A model generated the notes under the pieces. The model was not told the origin of the DNA. It saw nothing but the letters and a program-made list of their open reading frames with translations, and did no database searches. Shown here in pieces: positions 23,480-36,857 of a DNA stretch of 64,000 nt. The position numbers and the translations under genes are program-made. Position 1 is the stretch's first letter, and each line of letters opens with the position of its first letter. Source of the stretch: Macrostomum hystrix (lineage: Eukaryota > Animalia > Platyhelminthes); NCBI GenBank assembly GCA_950097015.1, contig CATNEN010000012.1, forward strand, positions 1,302,001-1,366,000, read 5' to 3'.

Positions 23480-24315
23480 AAGAAGACTTTTTAGCGGCGC
23501 TAAGCAAAGTTTCAAGTACTTGTGACAAACACATAGTATTCGCAGCATCGTTTATACTGTTGCAAATTCGGCACAAAATGACGAAAGCCGGACTTGAAGG
23601 ATTTCTAAAGCTAGCAAACTTTTTTGGTGCTAATTTCCGAACTGATTCGCGAACACTGAAGGAAACCGTTTATTCTAACATCGATAACGCTAGAACTTGG
23701 TTTCAGTCCTTTCGAATCTGCCTGACCTGTAGTCTTCTAAGCGACAATTGTGCATGCACTAGCAGCTCATTTGGCGAGCTGTACATTGTTGACGTGAAGA
23801 AGCAAGTAACTCTAATAGTTAGATCCTTTTCAGAGGATATCAGGCAGCACTATCAGTCACTAAAATATGGATTTAAGGATGTTCTTGTAGAGCACGTTAA
23901 CGAAATGAAGACACCTTTTCACATCCACTTGCTGCTTAATGCTGATGGTGTCTGTTTTTATAACACGAAGTCTGATTCAATGTGGCCAATACAAGCAACT
24001 ATTCTGAATCTAAACCCGCGTCTGCGCCAAACTAAGAGATGTGGGATTCTTCTCGGTCTATGGACATCCAAAGAGAAGCCAAAGATGGATATAATTATCA
24101 AGTGCATACTAGAACAGGCTCCGAAGTCATGGAATGTTGTTATGAATTCTGTCACAATTAGTGTTTTGCTTAGTTTTACTTTTATTGTGTGCGACTTACC
24201 TGCCTTGGCTAGCGTTGTAAAGATGAATGTCCACAACGGCTTTTTTGCGTGCCCGAAATGTTTGGATCCAGGCAACAGTATAAGGACAGAGAAGGGAGGA
24301 ACTGTTATGTTGTAT
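23480..24315 (+). pseudogene. CACTA/EnSpm-type transposase, 5' part, interrupted by an insertion at 24316
   Basis: LLNADG, MWPIQATILNL, CDLPALA, NGFFACPKC motifs match the 36858 ORF. Confidence 0.9.
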
Positions 24316-25301
24316 CCCTAGAGAACAATCTGTTCACTCTAACTTAGCAGATCTTGTCCCTGCATGATCTTACAAGATATGCGACATGATCTTGAAAGAC
24401 CTTGCGGTAACTTTTTTTTCTTACAAGATCTGCGATCTTATTTATCATGCATGTTCTTATGTACAAGATCTTTCAAGAACTTACCAAATCTGTGCCGTGA
24501 TCTGTTTGTATGTGTATTTGTAACGTTCGATCCTATGTCGCTTACGCAGCCTACAAAAAGGATATGACTAAAGAAGCACAATTGCGGGTTCTTCATTATT
24601 CAAAATACAATTCTAATTTATAGGATGCATTTAATTTAAATTGGAAATTCCATTTCCTACGATCCGTACTAGCTGTTGCAAGAAACGCGTGTGCATGCGG
24701 TGTAACTAATATATTACATATATTACATGTGGTTCTGTGAATATAAAATGATCGATGCATGCTACTTATGCTGTTCTGTCTGTCTCTCTCTATACTCCTG
24801 GTTTTTCTAGTATTCTTATAATTTTACTTACTTTATTTGTCGAGTATATGCTGCATATGCACAAGACATAGAACACTTCGTAAATCAGGCCTTGCTTTTA
24901 CAATGCCTTAATGCACTAAAGCCTTTCATTGCTAAATATATATTTTTGCAACCTAAAGCTCCTTTCATTGGGTTTGCCTGCATTTTATGTTAATGTTTCT
25001 TGCACTTTGTTAAAGTGGCCAATATTTAAATGATTTTAAAGCGTATTTACTCTCGCATCGTTGAGATAGTGTAACCGTTGCATTGTATGCTATTATACTT
25101 ATACCATAGAAAGATACGCCTTATCTCATATTATATTCTGTCATATCTAGTGATCTATAGGTCGTATCTAAAGCTATATCTGAAGTGCCTATCTGTAAAC
25201 TCGCTGGGACAATTTTTTTACTATAACCGTCAATAATATTTATAATCTAACTTATAAGGAAATAGAAACATTACATTTTTGTTTAGTGGAAATTCCATGC
25301 A

Positions 25302-28300
25302 ATGGTCATGGACCAGGATGAGGACGATGCAACAGATCAGCCAAAGCGGACGAAGAGAATGCGATCCACAGTTGACAGATTTGCACTCGACCGCTTAAAT
25401 AATAAGGAATTTGTGCTTCTATGGTACAATAAGACACGGACATACAGTGATGTTTTGCCAATTGGCAATGCAAAGTTCTCTAAGGTAGGCTAAGCTAAGC
25501 AATGTCACATTGTCATTGTCATATGTCATGCAAGTAGAAGAATTTATAAATTTTCACTTGATGAGGTCCATATTCCCATTATCATGCATAGTTAATATAT
25601 ATACGGCCTATTAGGCCCCTTTCTATTTCAGAGCCTAGATTCTAGATAGAAATATATGTAGGCACCCTATTATATATTTTGTATTTTAATTTAACTTCAC
25701 TATAAAACTAGCCTATCTACCTAGTTAGCTATATAGCTATCTTTTTAGCTCTATTACTACCATTACAAATAGTCCCAATAGACAATAGATAGATCTTAGA
25801 CATTTAGTATAGGTGGATAAACATGATTAGTTTTAAGAGGACATTAATATATTTATAATAAACATAAAATGATTGGCACTGCACCTTCATTAGCAAAATT
25901 ATTCTGAAGTCCAATTTTAAAATTGCAAAAAATCATTTCATTTAATTTATAATTTTGCTTAGGCCTATGCATCTAAAAAAATCTTCAGAAGCAATAGTTT
26001 TATATCCTCAATGTATGTTTACAATGCTATTTCAGTTTTCTTAATAAATGGTATATCTAGACTAGATAGACATTATATTAGGCATGCAGACATGCAAATA
26101 GGCCTAGCCTAAATCAATTTTTTACAAATTTAAACTTTGGATAGTTTTGTAAATAAAAGTTTATTAATGCTAATTTTTTTGTCTATTTGACAATAGGGGC
26201 CTATTATCTTTATTTAAATTAGTTCTATTTTTGGCACATATTTGCTTTTAGAACGAAAAATATGGCATTTATAAGTCTATCACTAAGTTTCAAATGATCT
26301 ATATATATGTATTAAAGGGTTATATTTTATCATAAGCAGTGCATATAGCATTGTTAACATTGTCAACAACACAAACCCCTTATGATTATATAAAATAAAT
26401 AAAATTCAAATCTTTAAGTCACTTTTCATATTATTTTTTTAGATTTAGAACAAGAGATATTTTTACTTTTTTGTTCTATTGCAATTTATTTATATAGCCA
26501 AATCTATTTAAAAATAGTATTTTCATTGTGATGAAAGCAATTATTATGCAATTATAGGTTATTATGCATATTTCATGCTTATTAATATGCACAAAATGCA
26601 AAATGAGCCAATGTCTTGCAAATTGCTTGTTTTTGCATATAGCAAATTTGAAATGAGGCAATGCAAGCTTATGATAAAATATATATTCAATTTTAGTTCT
26701 CTGCATCAGAGAAGCTTTCTTGGAAGAAGGTAAGTTTTGTGAACATTTATTGAGTTTTATTGATCAATTTCTACCTATTTCTTATCATGCATATATATAC
26801 AAAGTAAAAAATAAAAGCCAATCAAAGTTTGTCAAATTTTTTAGGGCTCAACATTCTTTCTCACAGAGAATGGAAGCAAGGTCTTATGCACTGTTCTGGT
26901 GAAAGACTTACTAAAAGGCAATGTTAAGAAGTTTGCCAAGGCTCTTGATCAGAGCATCACGGATTTTCTTAAGAAGGGTGATGATTTTGACACTGAGGAT
27001 GCCATGGAGTTTGCTGATAATGCCCATTGTAAGTAGAATTTGATTGCTCCTCAACATTCATAAATATTGTGGCAGACCAAGTCAGCTTTTACTTCAATTT
27101 GCTAAATTCATAAGTTTTCTCTATAAGCTATTTGTCATTTGTCATGCCTTCTTTACTATAGGCCAAGAGCTGGAGGCTAATGGTTCAGGGTCAAGTTTGG
27201 AACCAGAGTATGACGATTATGAAGCCGATCCATCCTTTAACCCTGGTGCAGAATTAAGTGCATCAACAGTTGCAAGTCGACATTTGGGTAAGCACTTTTG
27301 CTTAAGAGAAAATCCTTTCTGTTTAATAAAATCTTTTTCTACTAAATTCAATATGCCCTTGACTACCTAGGCTCCATTGAGAACATCACTTCTCAGCAAG
27401 CCAGTGCAACTTCTAGTGCTGTTGCTTCTGCCAGTAAGTATATTTAACTTGACATAGGCATTTTTTCATTCTGTCAGAAGGAATTGAAAATTGTACTATA
27501 TTACTTTTAATTTTTTTGCAAAAATATTTTTGTTTAGGCACTAAATGACCTTTGTGTTTTTATTGCCTTTTATACAGAATCCTCTCGCTTTAATCGGGAG
27601 GCTGGAAGGCTAGCAATCATTTCTTCAGCCACTGCCACTTGTGGTCATCAGGAGCCTACTACTATTTCTAAAGGGACCATTGTCATTGACAGTACCCCAA
27701 GTACACCAATTTCGGTCCCACCTCGGCCTTGTGCTTCGCAATCATCTGCTTGCTCAGAAGTACCACCTTTAAAGCCACAAATGAGCAGTCAGCCTATGAC
27801 AAGTTCACAAGCTGATGCCATGATCCGCTTGCTGCAGCAGATAAAGAATATTGTTGCTGATGTTCGTCAAAATACCCAACCAGTGGCAGGCTCTGGAGAG
27901 GAGATGGTAACTCAGAGCAATATGGCATTTAACTTTTTTGCACATTGAAGTCTGTTTTGAAAGCAAACATCAACCTTAAAATTGTAGCTCCTCTTTGATC
28001 ATCTCGGTCGCCAGTTCAGTGTCCAGGAGTTAAATGGTTCGACAGCTACATTGTTTGCTTTGTCTCTCGTAGATCGCCTGATGGGACCAGAGTTTGTTGC
28101 CAGGCATCGATTTGAGCAGAATCCTCTCCCAGCAGGAACATCTGCTGCTTCTGGCGAGCTGATCGTACAGATTAAGTGTAAATATTAGTACTTTTTAGTT
28201 GGCTTTGCTCATTTAAATATTTAAATCTTTTGTTTTGAAAGAGAAGATTTTGAACTTTAGAATTTCATTGTACATGCCGATCTTAAAAACTTCACTCCTC

Positions 28301-28462
28301 ATCCTCATTTTACCAGCTGCGCTTCGTGCCCGATTTGGGTCATCAAGTCTGTGGAATCAGGCAAGGCTTTCTCTAAACCAAGCCTCCCGAGACCGTAATC
28401 GGAAGAATCGAATTTCAAATAATTCGAGTGCAGCTGCAGAAGTCCAGACTAGTGACGACTGA
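25302..28462 (+). CDS. 8-exon CACTA accessory gene, about 417 aa, BEN-like C-terminal domain
   Basis: Exons 25302-25484, 26697-26729, 26845-27028, 27162-27287, 27371-27433, 27578-27906, 27988-28177, 28317-28462; all GT-AG, phases consistent, 1254 nt open; C-terminus TLFALSLVDRLMGPE...LWNQARLSLN fits a BEN helix pattern by eye. Confidence 0.75.
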
Positions 28463-28681
28463 CATTTTCCTCTGCTTTCGACATAAATGACTCGATGTTG
28501 TGATTGCCGAACATCCCCAAAAGACCCTGCCATTAGCAGTAATCCATAGCATTGCTTTGACAGCATCTAGGTTTGTTATAGAAACTTAAAATGAGTTCAA
28601 GCCAACAAAGGCCTACGAATTATTTTTTCTGTGAACACAGTTGGATAAAAAGGAAGATTTAAGCGCATCTGCGTGCTGTAA

Positions 28682-28953
28682 GTCAAGGTAAAATTCACTC
28701 CACCTTTCTGATTTGAATTTCGCATCTGCTATATATCTAAATGAGGTGCCCAAAATCATTTCAGTCTGCCGCAATCGCATCTGCTAGAGGTGCCAAGCTC
28801 ATCCGCCTGCAGGATGTCAAGGTAAAATTCATTCCACCTTTCTGATTTGAATTTCGCATCTGCTATATATCTAAATGAGGTGCCTAAAATCACTTCAGTC
28901 TGCCGCAATCGCATCTGCTAGAGGTGCCAAGCTCCTCTGCCTGCAGGATGTCA
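28682..28953. repeat. 134-bp direct tandem duplication
   Basis: gtcaaggtaaaattcactcc... starts at 28682 and 28816. Confidence 0.9.
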
Positions 28954-30282
28954 AACGCAAGTGCCTAGACATGTTGGATCCTGGGGTACTAATTTCGTCC
29001 ACTGACATCTATCTCTTTTTCTCAAATCTCTGTATCCCCCTTTTTGCCCACCAGTGAAGCCTTATCATGCCTTAGTATATTTTGTTTACTTCCTCCAGGT
29101 TAAAAAATATTTTTTTCCACAGAAGCGCGGGAGCGAATCTGGGATTTTCGCTACAGACGAAACAAGGGGAGACAACTGAGATCAAAGGAGGAACATTTCC
29201 ATTGATGGCTTGCATAGTAGACAAGCTTGTTTCCTTGAAGAGCAAAAGCAGTCTTCAAGTAGAAGGCTGTTTGCCCCATTCCCCGAAGTGTCCAAACACC
29301 CCATTCCTGTCGCGCCTGAAGTGATGTTTGGACAAAGGTGTCTGGGAAATGGGGATACATACCATATTCCCCACTGATTGTAGGTTCCCTCGGTCAATAA
29401 GCAGGACCCCTCGAGCCTTTGCCACTAGATAACAAGATACAAGAGGAATATTGTACATTAGATCGCAACGACGGATTTTGCCATAGACACAGTGAAAACG
29501 AATGATCTTGACTTAGATTTAAAAAAGCAATTTTTTAAACCTCGGATTAAGTTGTTTGCTCCTAGGACCGATCCAAGAGAGAAATGCGATACTATATACT
29601 TTGTGTAGCAAATGCGTGTCTCTTCATTGCTTAATTGCCAGTTTTGCTTTTCTACTTTTACTTTTCTATCCCTTTGCCAAAGCCGAGTCTCACATTTAGT
29701 CTAGATGAAGTTATTTAGTCTAGATATAACAATTGCAGCCCGTCATTAATATTCTCTTAATATACTACTTACTAGAGAGCATAGTGTGACTGGTATCTGT
29801 ATTCCGTATCTGTTTTGCCTGTAACTTTGTTTAATGGTTAATAAATTGTTTTGATAAAAAATGGAAGGAGTTTTTATTACTATTAGTAACAATGGCAAAA
29901 TTTACACTTGAAGAATATTCTTCTCCTTACTTTAGTAATTTGCTTTCTACCTTTAATCAACTATCATCAATGCAGCATTTCAGGCATGCGTCGGCGTGCA
30001 TTCTGCCCAGATCTGGCCAGTAGGCCCAGTTCTATTGTAGCTTTAGTAAACAAAATGCAGCTGTCTTGACATGTTAATGACAATGATGATGATCTTTAAA
30101 GATCTTGTCCATCGAACATGATCTTAGCAGATCTTATAAGATTTTAGCTTGCAAGACCATGCAAGATCAGGCGGGATCTGCATATATATTTCAATAGACA
30201 AGATCTGCTAATTTCTTATAAGCCCGTGGTGACAAACTCAAGGCAGATCTTGTAAGAATTGTCAAGTCAATGCCCTCTAGGG

Positions 30283-30475
30283 TGGCTTACAAGAGAGCTT
30301 TCCACTTCGAACTGTAAATAACTTCCGCGAATGCGCCAACGCAGCTCGTATTGCTGGAAAATATGTTTTTGGCATCAAATCTGCTTCTCCGTTGCTCGAT
30401 GTAATGGAAATACCTACCAGTATCATACTTGATTCCATGCACATGCTTTATGAAGGTATTGTAAAAAAATGCTAA
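30283..30475 (+). pseudogene. Continuation of the split CACTA transposase, truncated afterwards
   Basis: GLQESFPLRT...VFGIKSASPLL...IILDSMHMLYEGIVKK matches YFGIKRETALL...IVDSMHCLWEGQVKH. Confidence 0.9.
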
Positions 30476-31089
30476 AATACAGTGTCCCTTGTGTTTTTAC
30501 TGCTCTTATTTTTAATACCTTTGCTTTCCCTACCCAGCTCGATATTTGATTCCTACTTAACTTCGCTTTTTATGTTGCTTTTCGTTGTTCATTTAAATGT
30601 GTTGTTAAAAAATATATATAAAAAAAAATCAGCACCCATAGATGGCGTGCGCGTTTTAATAATAATAATAATAATAATTATATACTTGCATGCGTATTTT
30701 CTTTGCGTCTTACTAAATTTGGCCAATCTTCTTTGCACATCTTTGACAGTCAATTTTTCGCTTGAGCTGAACGTGAGTAAATATTTTTAAACATCGAAAG
30801 TTAAGCATACATACGCTCTTAAATAGGCTAATTAATATGGCACTGCAGATCTGCTCAGAAATCCAAGTTGACCATGATGTTTTATTGCATACAGATCTTA
30901 GCAGATCTTGGTCAAGATCAGATCTATCTTGTAAGATCTTAGCAGATAATGTAAGATCTGCTTATACATTTGAATGGTACAGATCTTGTGGGCTCTTGCA
31001 AGAACTTATTGGGAAGCTCAAGTCAGATCTTGTAAGAATAGGCAAGTCAATGTCATCTAGGGTGACTATATGACATGAATATATACGAG

Positions 31090-31260
31090 TACAAGGGGTG
31101 TCCAAAAAGTAGTGCGAATTTTCAATGTAGCTCATAATCGGATTCAGACACATTAAATTCCTATACATTTTATGAAAACGGATTTACGTATCTCTGCAAC
31201 ATTTTTTAATTTTGCTATGATCTTCTCGCAGTCAAAAGTTATGAGCCATTTAGTACAGTT
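31090..31260 (+). mobile_element. Possible Tc1/mariner-like terminal fragment
   Basis: TA|CAAGGGGTGTCCAAAAA resembles TACAGGGTGTCC-type TIRs; partner end not found. Confidence 0.25.
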
Positions 31261-31777
31261 CCCCAGGGTACGACTTGCAGAAGATGACATTTTGAAGGCT
31301 TTCAATGAAGAAAGTTTTGCTTTCTACTTTTTCCGCAAGTTTACGCGATGATGCCTACAGAAATGCTTGAGCATGTCTATGGGCTTAACATGAGAACTAT
31401 GGTCATGCAAGCATCATCAAAGCCAGTCAATCTCGAGCTTTAGATGCAAACCAGCTCAGCCAAGCATTTGTCAACTTGCGCATTTGAAGCATCCGAAGTT
31501 TGTGCAAACATGTCGGACATCCACTCGAAAGAGGGACAGCACCATGCTATTTTCACTCTGTGGAGCATGGGACACAATGGGTCCGAGATGTGAGCAACCT
31601 GCAGCGCATCCATGGAGAACACGTAGTTTTCTGACAGAAGAGTGTGTCATGTCTAGTATGCAATTCGGCAAGGAACTTTTATGGCTTGTTTGGAATTTTT
31701 GACTTACACCATAAATTTTGACTATTGACTTGACTTTTATTGACTTTAATGACTTCCGCCCACCAACGGCTTTCCCA

Positions 31778-32026
31778 CAGGACTTCTATATGGGCAAAGA
31801 AATTAACAAAAGTGCAGAAGTCATTAACAAAAGTAACATAAGTGCAGACGTTGCCGTCGCCTACGGCGCCACCGTGCACGCCGCCTGCCTGCACGGTGAT
31901 GACAAGGTTGACGACGAGTATTTCGTGCTGCTGCTCGACGCGTCAGGTGATAGCTTGCCCCGTGACTTAATCTCCATCGGCGGCGCTGGTTGTGCTTCCG
32001 GGCCCAGCATCGATGAGGTCGATTGA
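31778..32026 (+). pseudogene. hsp70: Internally deleted cytosolic HSP70 fragment
   Basis: QDFYMGKEINKS...DVAVAYGATVHAACLHGD...LLLDA resembles [33 protein letters not shown]...LLLLDV; joined to GGAG..GPSIDEVD*, resembling GPTIEEVD*. Confidence 0.8.
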
Positions 32027-33499
32027 ATAGGGGCTCTATCAAGGCTGGCAGTCATTAGTTGATAGCGTCCTTCATGTTAGTGCTATTATTATTATATGCT
32101 CCCTTTTAAAGTTACGAATACTCTTAACACTTCGTTAATGTCACATGTTATTTTATTTTAACAAAGACGGATGTGCGGCTAACATAGTTATCAAAAGTCA
32201 ATAATTTACAAATGAATCGTTGCCAATTAGAACACTAGGCAAACTTGTGGAATAGAATTACATTACAAAGTTGCTTAGTGGGCCAACTCAAACCGCTGCA
32301 TTCATTTTCAGGCGGGTAGCATCGTTATACTTACACAACCAATATACTTCAAAGAGCATTTTGACGCTCAACGCGTCAAATTGCGCTCTTCGCGGCTTAA
32401 CGAGGTCGTTCGGCCCTTCATTCGGGCGCATGGAGAAGATGGAAGCATGCATGTTAATCGTCAAGTTGTTTCTCAACATCCAAAAAGATCCAACTCTTCG
32501 GCATATTGGCTTCGCTTAAAGTGCGCTGCGGCAAAAAATGCCCATTCAGTATTACAATTTCGATGAAAACTCTCCCCTTGGAAAAGAACACGGAAATGTT
32601 TCTGGACAAGCATGGGGAGCATGCAGACCACGAAAAAACTATAGATTCAGTATCTGATATCCGACACTGGCTGCACAGCAGAGCCTAAAGTGACTTATCG
32701 TCATCTATGGCAGCGCGGTTCGCTGGCGGCTCGTAATTTCGTTGCAGAAAAAGTCCGTGCTGGGACTTTTGGCCCAGCAGAGATATATGAACAGTCTGTC
32801 GCCCAGTATCAAGAGAGATCCTGCCCTAGGGACCCAAAATGGACAAATAATGCATTTTCAGAATCTAATGACAAAATAGTGCATTCTTGGTGCATTATAT
32901 GTACGTGCATTTTTAATGCATTTTTAGTAAAAGTTCTATCTACACTATTTAACAAAATAAGCATGAATTTAGTTCAAGATTGGCTTTATTGCGCATCTGT
33001 GTATTTATAAATTATACTTCCGTTGCTAACTTTGAAGAACAAATAATAAAACGTGGTGCGATAAAAATGCATTATTTTCTGTAACAATTATCAAATTACA
33101 AATGCATTTTTTATATCCAGCCGTAGCGAATTAGACCATCACAAATTGAAATTAAAATGGCGGTCTAATTGCGTGCTGGATTATTTTGTTGCTCGAAGCG
33201 AAATTCGTAATTAAATTTCTATTTCAGGTTCTTATCTAGCAAACAAACTTACATTCGTACGCAAAAATTGGGTCGCTTTTGTTATTTCTCTATAACATAG
33301 CTTGTTCAATCGATTTTGATTGTCGAAATAAAAGCTTTGTTTTCTTCACTATTTTATGACATCCTCTCAACAATTTAATTGCATTAATCAATCTGGTGTG
33401 ACAATTATTCCAATTTCTAATTATTCCAATTCAGTTAATATATTATTATTATAGGTTTGAATTTATTGACTTCAGACACTAAGAGTTGGTGGATCTTGA

Positions 33500-36397
33500 A
33501 TGGATCTTGCGGCTGGTTCAAGTAGGCGCTCTTCGAATAGAGTAGTGAAACCAGTGCAACGATTGGCAAATTCTGCTGCGTCATTTTATGATTCGAAGTA
33601 CCTACTATTCTTCATTCGAAAGACAAGAACTTATCATAACTTTTCCCGTGGCAGTCTTGCACTTAGCCATAATGAGCCTGATGTGAAATTCATTTTTGTA
33701 AGTAATTTTTTGCTTACTTACTAGGCCCAGGCCTAATCCTAGTAATTGTTACAAATGCTATTGCATATTGTATACAAAATTCTGCAGGATTTGAAAAAAT
33801 AAATAAATTGCTTGAGTGCATATGGCTTAAAATGAATGTAGTTTTGTGTGCCTAACTATCAAATATCTATTAACTCCTACAAATATATTTATTAGGGCCT
33901 AAAGTTAAATGAAGCTAAATAGTTTTTTATATTGTTTTACTAGTAGGCTGGGCTTCTATAGCCATATGCCTAGTTTAGGCCATGTAGGGAGTAGGCCCTG
34001 ATGCCCAACTATAGAACTAGTTAGGTATTTTTTAGTGAATTAGGCTTATTCTAAGATTTCATCTTTTTATAGTTTTAGTAATACTAGGCCAAGGCTGTTT
34101 AATTTGCAAAAGACTACTTTTTAGTGCTTGAAATAGGCTGTTTAGTTGCTATCAATGTTAGAGTATGATTAGCTAACTCATGCATAAAGAACTATGGTTG
34201 GTTTGGCTAGCTTTCCTTTCTTTTCTATATGTTCTCTATTCTAAGTATAGAGAGAATATAGAATTTTGGCCATTTTTAAATGTCTTATTGTCTATTTTTT
34301 TAATATATATTTTGTATAATGTATTCATTTTCAAACTTGACTGCCTTCATTGATTTTTATAACATTTTATATAGTGGTCTCAGTATGTTTATATATCTAT
34401 TGATCTATGAGCTATTTTATTCCTATGCTAAGCCTAAGGTGTTCAATTCATAGGAAGGTCTATTTGCTGATAAGGTAGGCCCTATATTCTATCCAATAGC
34501 AAGTTTACTATTTGAACTATTGTCCAGTGCTTTAGTTTTCTATTTTAATATTTCTTATACTTTTAGTTTTCCTAGTATTTTAATAGGCTATATTTGCCAA
34601 CTCTATTAAGCTATCTAAAGTTTTATTTTAGTTAAGTTTGTCTATTTTTCCAATGGATTTATTCTCTTTAGCTTGTCTATCTTTCTAAAGGACTCTTTTG
34701 TTTAGTTTGTCTAACTTTCTAATAGGCTATATCTATTTTGTTAACTATTCTAAAAAGAATTTTCTATTTAGTTTGTTTATAATTCTTAATTAAAAAATTA
34801 ATTTGGTCTAATATTAGCTCAAAATCTAATAATGAATCACATTTTTATTTTAGGGTGAGGACTACCCACTTGCTCTCAAGGATGGCATTTTCAATGGCAT
34901 GTTCATTGCAGCTGAACCATGGTCAAAAATGATCTACCTTGAGAAGGAGCTTGATGCATTCATAACTGAAAACAAGGAGAACTCCGAGCTCTCTGATCAT
35001 GTCCAGTCTCATATGAAAGTCTTCATGAGACAACAAGAAGACTCAAGTGATGAAGATGCAGGTGATATTGACGATTCGGATGATGATGAGACCTGGCAGC
35101 CTACTCCGCCTCCTACTCAGGTTTCTTTTGTAAGCCCAAGTCCAGTTTCGACACCTACAGCTGCTCATTCTCGTGCTAGGAAGCAATCTCAAGGCAGTCT
35201 AGCAAACAAGCGGCCAAGGACAGCTGGTACTCATGTTGAAGACAGACACCAAAATTCTGAGGCATCATTGGCTTTAATTGCAAGTGAGGAACAGCGTGCC
35301 TTACCACCGGAACTACTTCCTCAAGTTCTTCAGGCTCATGAATCAGCAAAGGCAGCAAGTGCAAACGATCCCACAAATTCCAAGCCTCTCACACTGGCTG
35401 AATTTCAGGAAGGAATGGGTAAGGTTTAATTATTTCTTTCTTGTGCTTTTGTTTTTATGCTTTATTCTCATTATCTCAGTGTAATACAACTTTTTCACTC
35501 ACAAATCCTGCATTTCGTGCTGCTTTATGTAATCACTATCAGTATAGTACAAATGTGAAACACCAAATGTTTCAGACAGTTTGAAGCGGTTCATCGCTCA
35601 CAAACTGAGGAAGATTCGCACTTCATCATCCAGCTTGCATCAAATGGTATCAGCTGATTTCCTTAAGGAGGTAGGTTTCTCAGTTTCTGTGCAAATTAAT
35701 TTACTTTCTTTACTAACCATTTACTATAAAATTATTATATGCTTTACTTTGCCATTTTACTTTACTGTTTTTCTTATTTTTCGCTCTTCTTCATGTGGCT
35801 TGACGTTTTCACATTTCACTGACATTTATCATGACATAATCCAAACAATCGGTCCTGAGTACCAATTTTCTTTGTACTTTTTCGTAGGAATTTGAAGGCC
35901 ACGATGGGCGAGTTTGCAATTTCTCAGATCTGCCTCGTACAACGACGTCGAAGTTCATCAGGGCATATGCTTCTGCGAGGTATGGCGTCGAGTATGTGCA
36001 ATCGCATGTTTTCGGAGAGTACAAAGGCACGACACAAAGGCCAAAGGCTCCAGGAGAAGTGCAAGACCATCTTAAGAGTAAGCGATACAATTTCTTTGCA
36101 ACTGAATGTTTTTTGGCAACTGACTTAGTATTGTGGGCATTAGATGGATGCAGGTCATTCTATATAGTCTTTTAAAGCTAAAAATTCAAACTGGTTCACT
36201 GTAGCCATTCCATTGTTGGAAAATGTTTGTGTGAATTTGCTGCTACTATAAAATCTTTCTTAAAAAAACTAGGCATTCTGAACAAGGCCTTCAATATCCC
36301 GAGGGATCAAACGGTTTCTGCGTGGACAGCCGTCAAAGACTCTCTGAATCGACTTGGTCCAGAGTCAACCTTCCGCAAGCGAAAGGCCGGTGATTAG
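33500..36397 (+). CDS. 5-exon CACTA accessory gene, 390 aa, BEN-like C-terminus
   Basis: Exons 33500-33697, 34854-35418, 35576-35670, 35888-36077, 36273-36397; GT-AG, 1173 nt open; TSKFIRAYASARYGVE...AWTAVKDSLN. Confidence 0.8.
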
Positions 36398-36857
36398 ACT
36401 GACGGCTAAACGTGTGTCGCAATATTTTAACTGAAGATGCAATCACCCAACTGCCATTCGACATGTAACAAACTATAACGTTTTTGAACTGAATCGATCC
36501 CTATTTTACGTTATCTGCGCTAAAGTCAAACTCTTACTCTGTAGTGTTTTTTTAATATAAAATGAAGCGACTACCTTAATTATTTTTTTAGAATAATAAC
36601 TGTTGCGTTTGAAAAGTGTTGGCACTCTTTGTATGGGTAGTTAGGATACCCTTAATGATTTCCGTAGTCGTTCAAAATGTATATATGTGGAAGAATCTAA
36701 ACTCCTTCAACTTTAACGCCACCGAGCTAATTTATTCCACTTCATTTCATATTTATCGATAGATGATGGTGCACATTCTTATTTCGATGGCACGGGTACG
36801 TAATTTTCTCCAAACTTTTCAGTCTATCCTAACACTCGTAGAACTGAAGTTGAAATT

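Larger units (their letters stand above)
24316..30282 (+). mobile_element. Non-autonomous CACTA-like element (CCCTAGAG TIR, AGATCT subterminal repeats) carrying only the accessory gene
   Basis: 8-bp TIR CCCTAGAG/CTCTAGGG; removing it restores the host transposase frame (GGTVMLY|GLQESFPLRT, same length as KGQVRVFPAVHGIPLRT in the 36858 ORF). Confidence 0.85.
17962..31062 (+). mobile_element. Putative composite CACTA/EnSpm-like element (CCCTA termini, AGATCT subterminal repeats) hosting nested insertions; end pairing tentative
   Basis: Left end AT|CCCTATAGTTGAC with AGATCT motifs; right end 30840-31062 AGATCT-rich, ending CATCTAGGG|TG; encloses the split transposase 23480-24315 / 30283-30475. 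Confidence 0.45.

Noticed and set aside
29082-29500. Possible transposase remnant in element 24316-30282
   Set aside because: Several short ORFs, but none shows CACTA transposase motifs.
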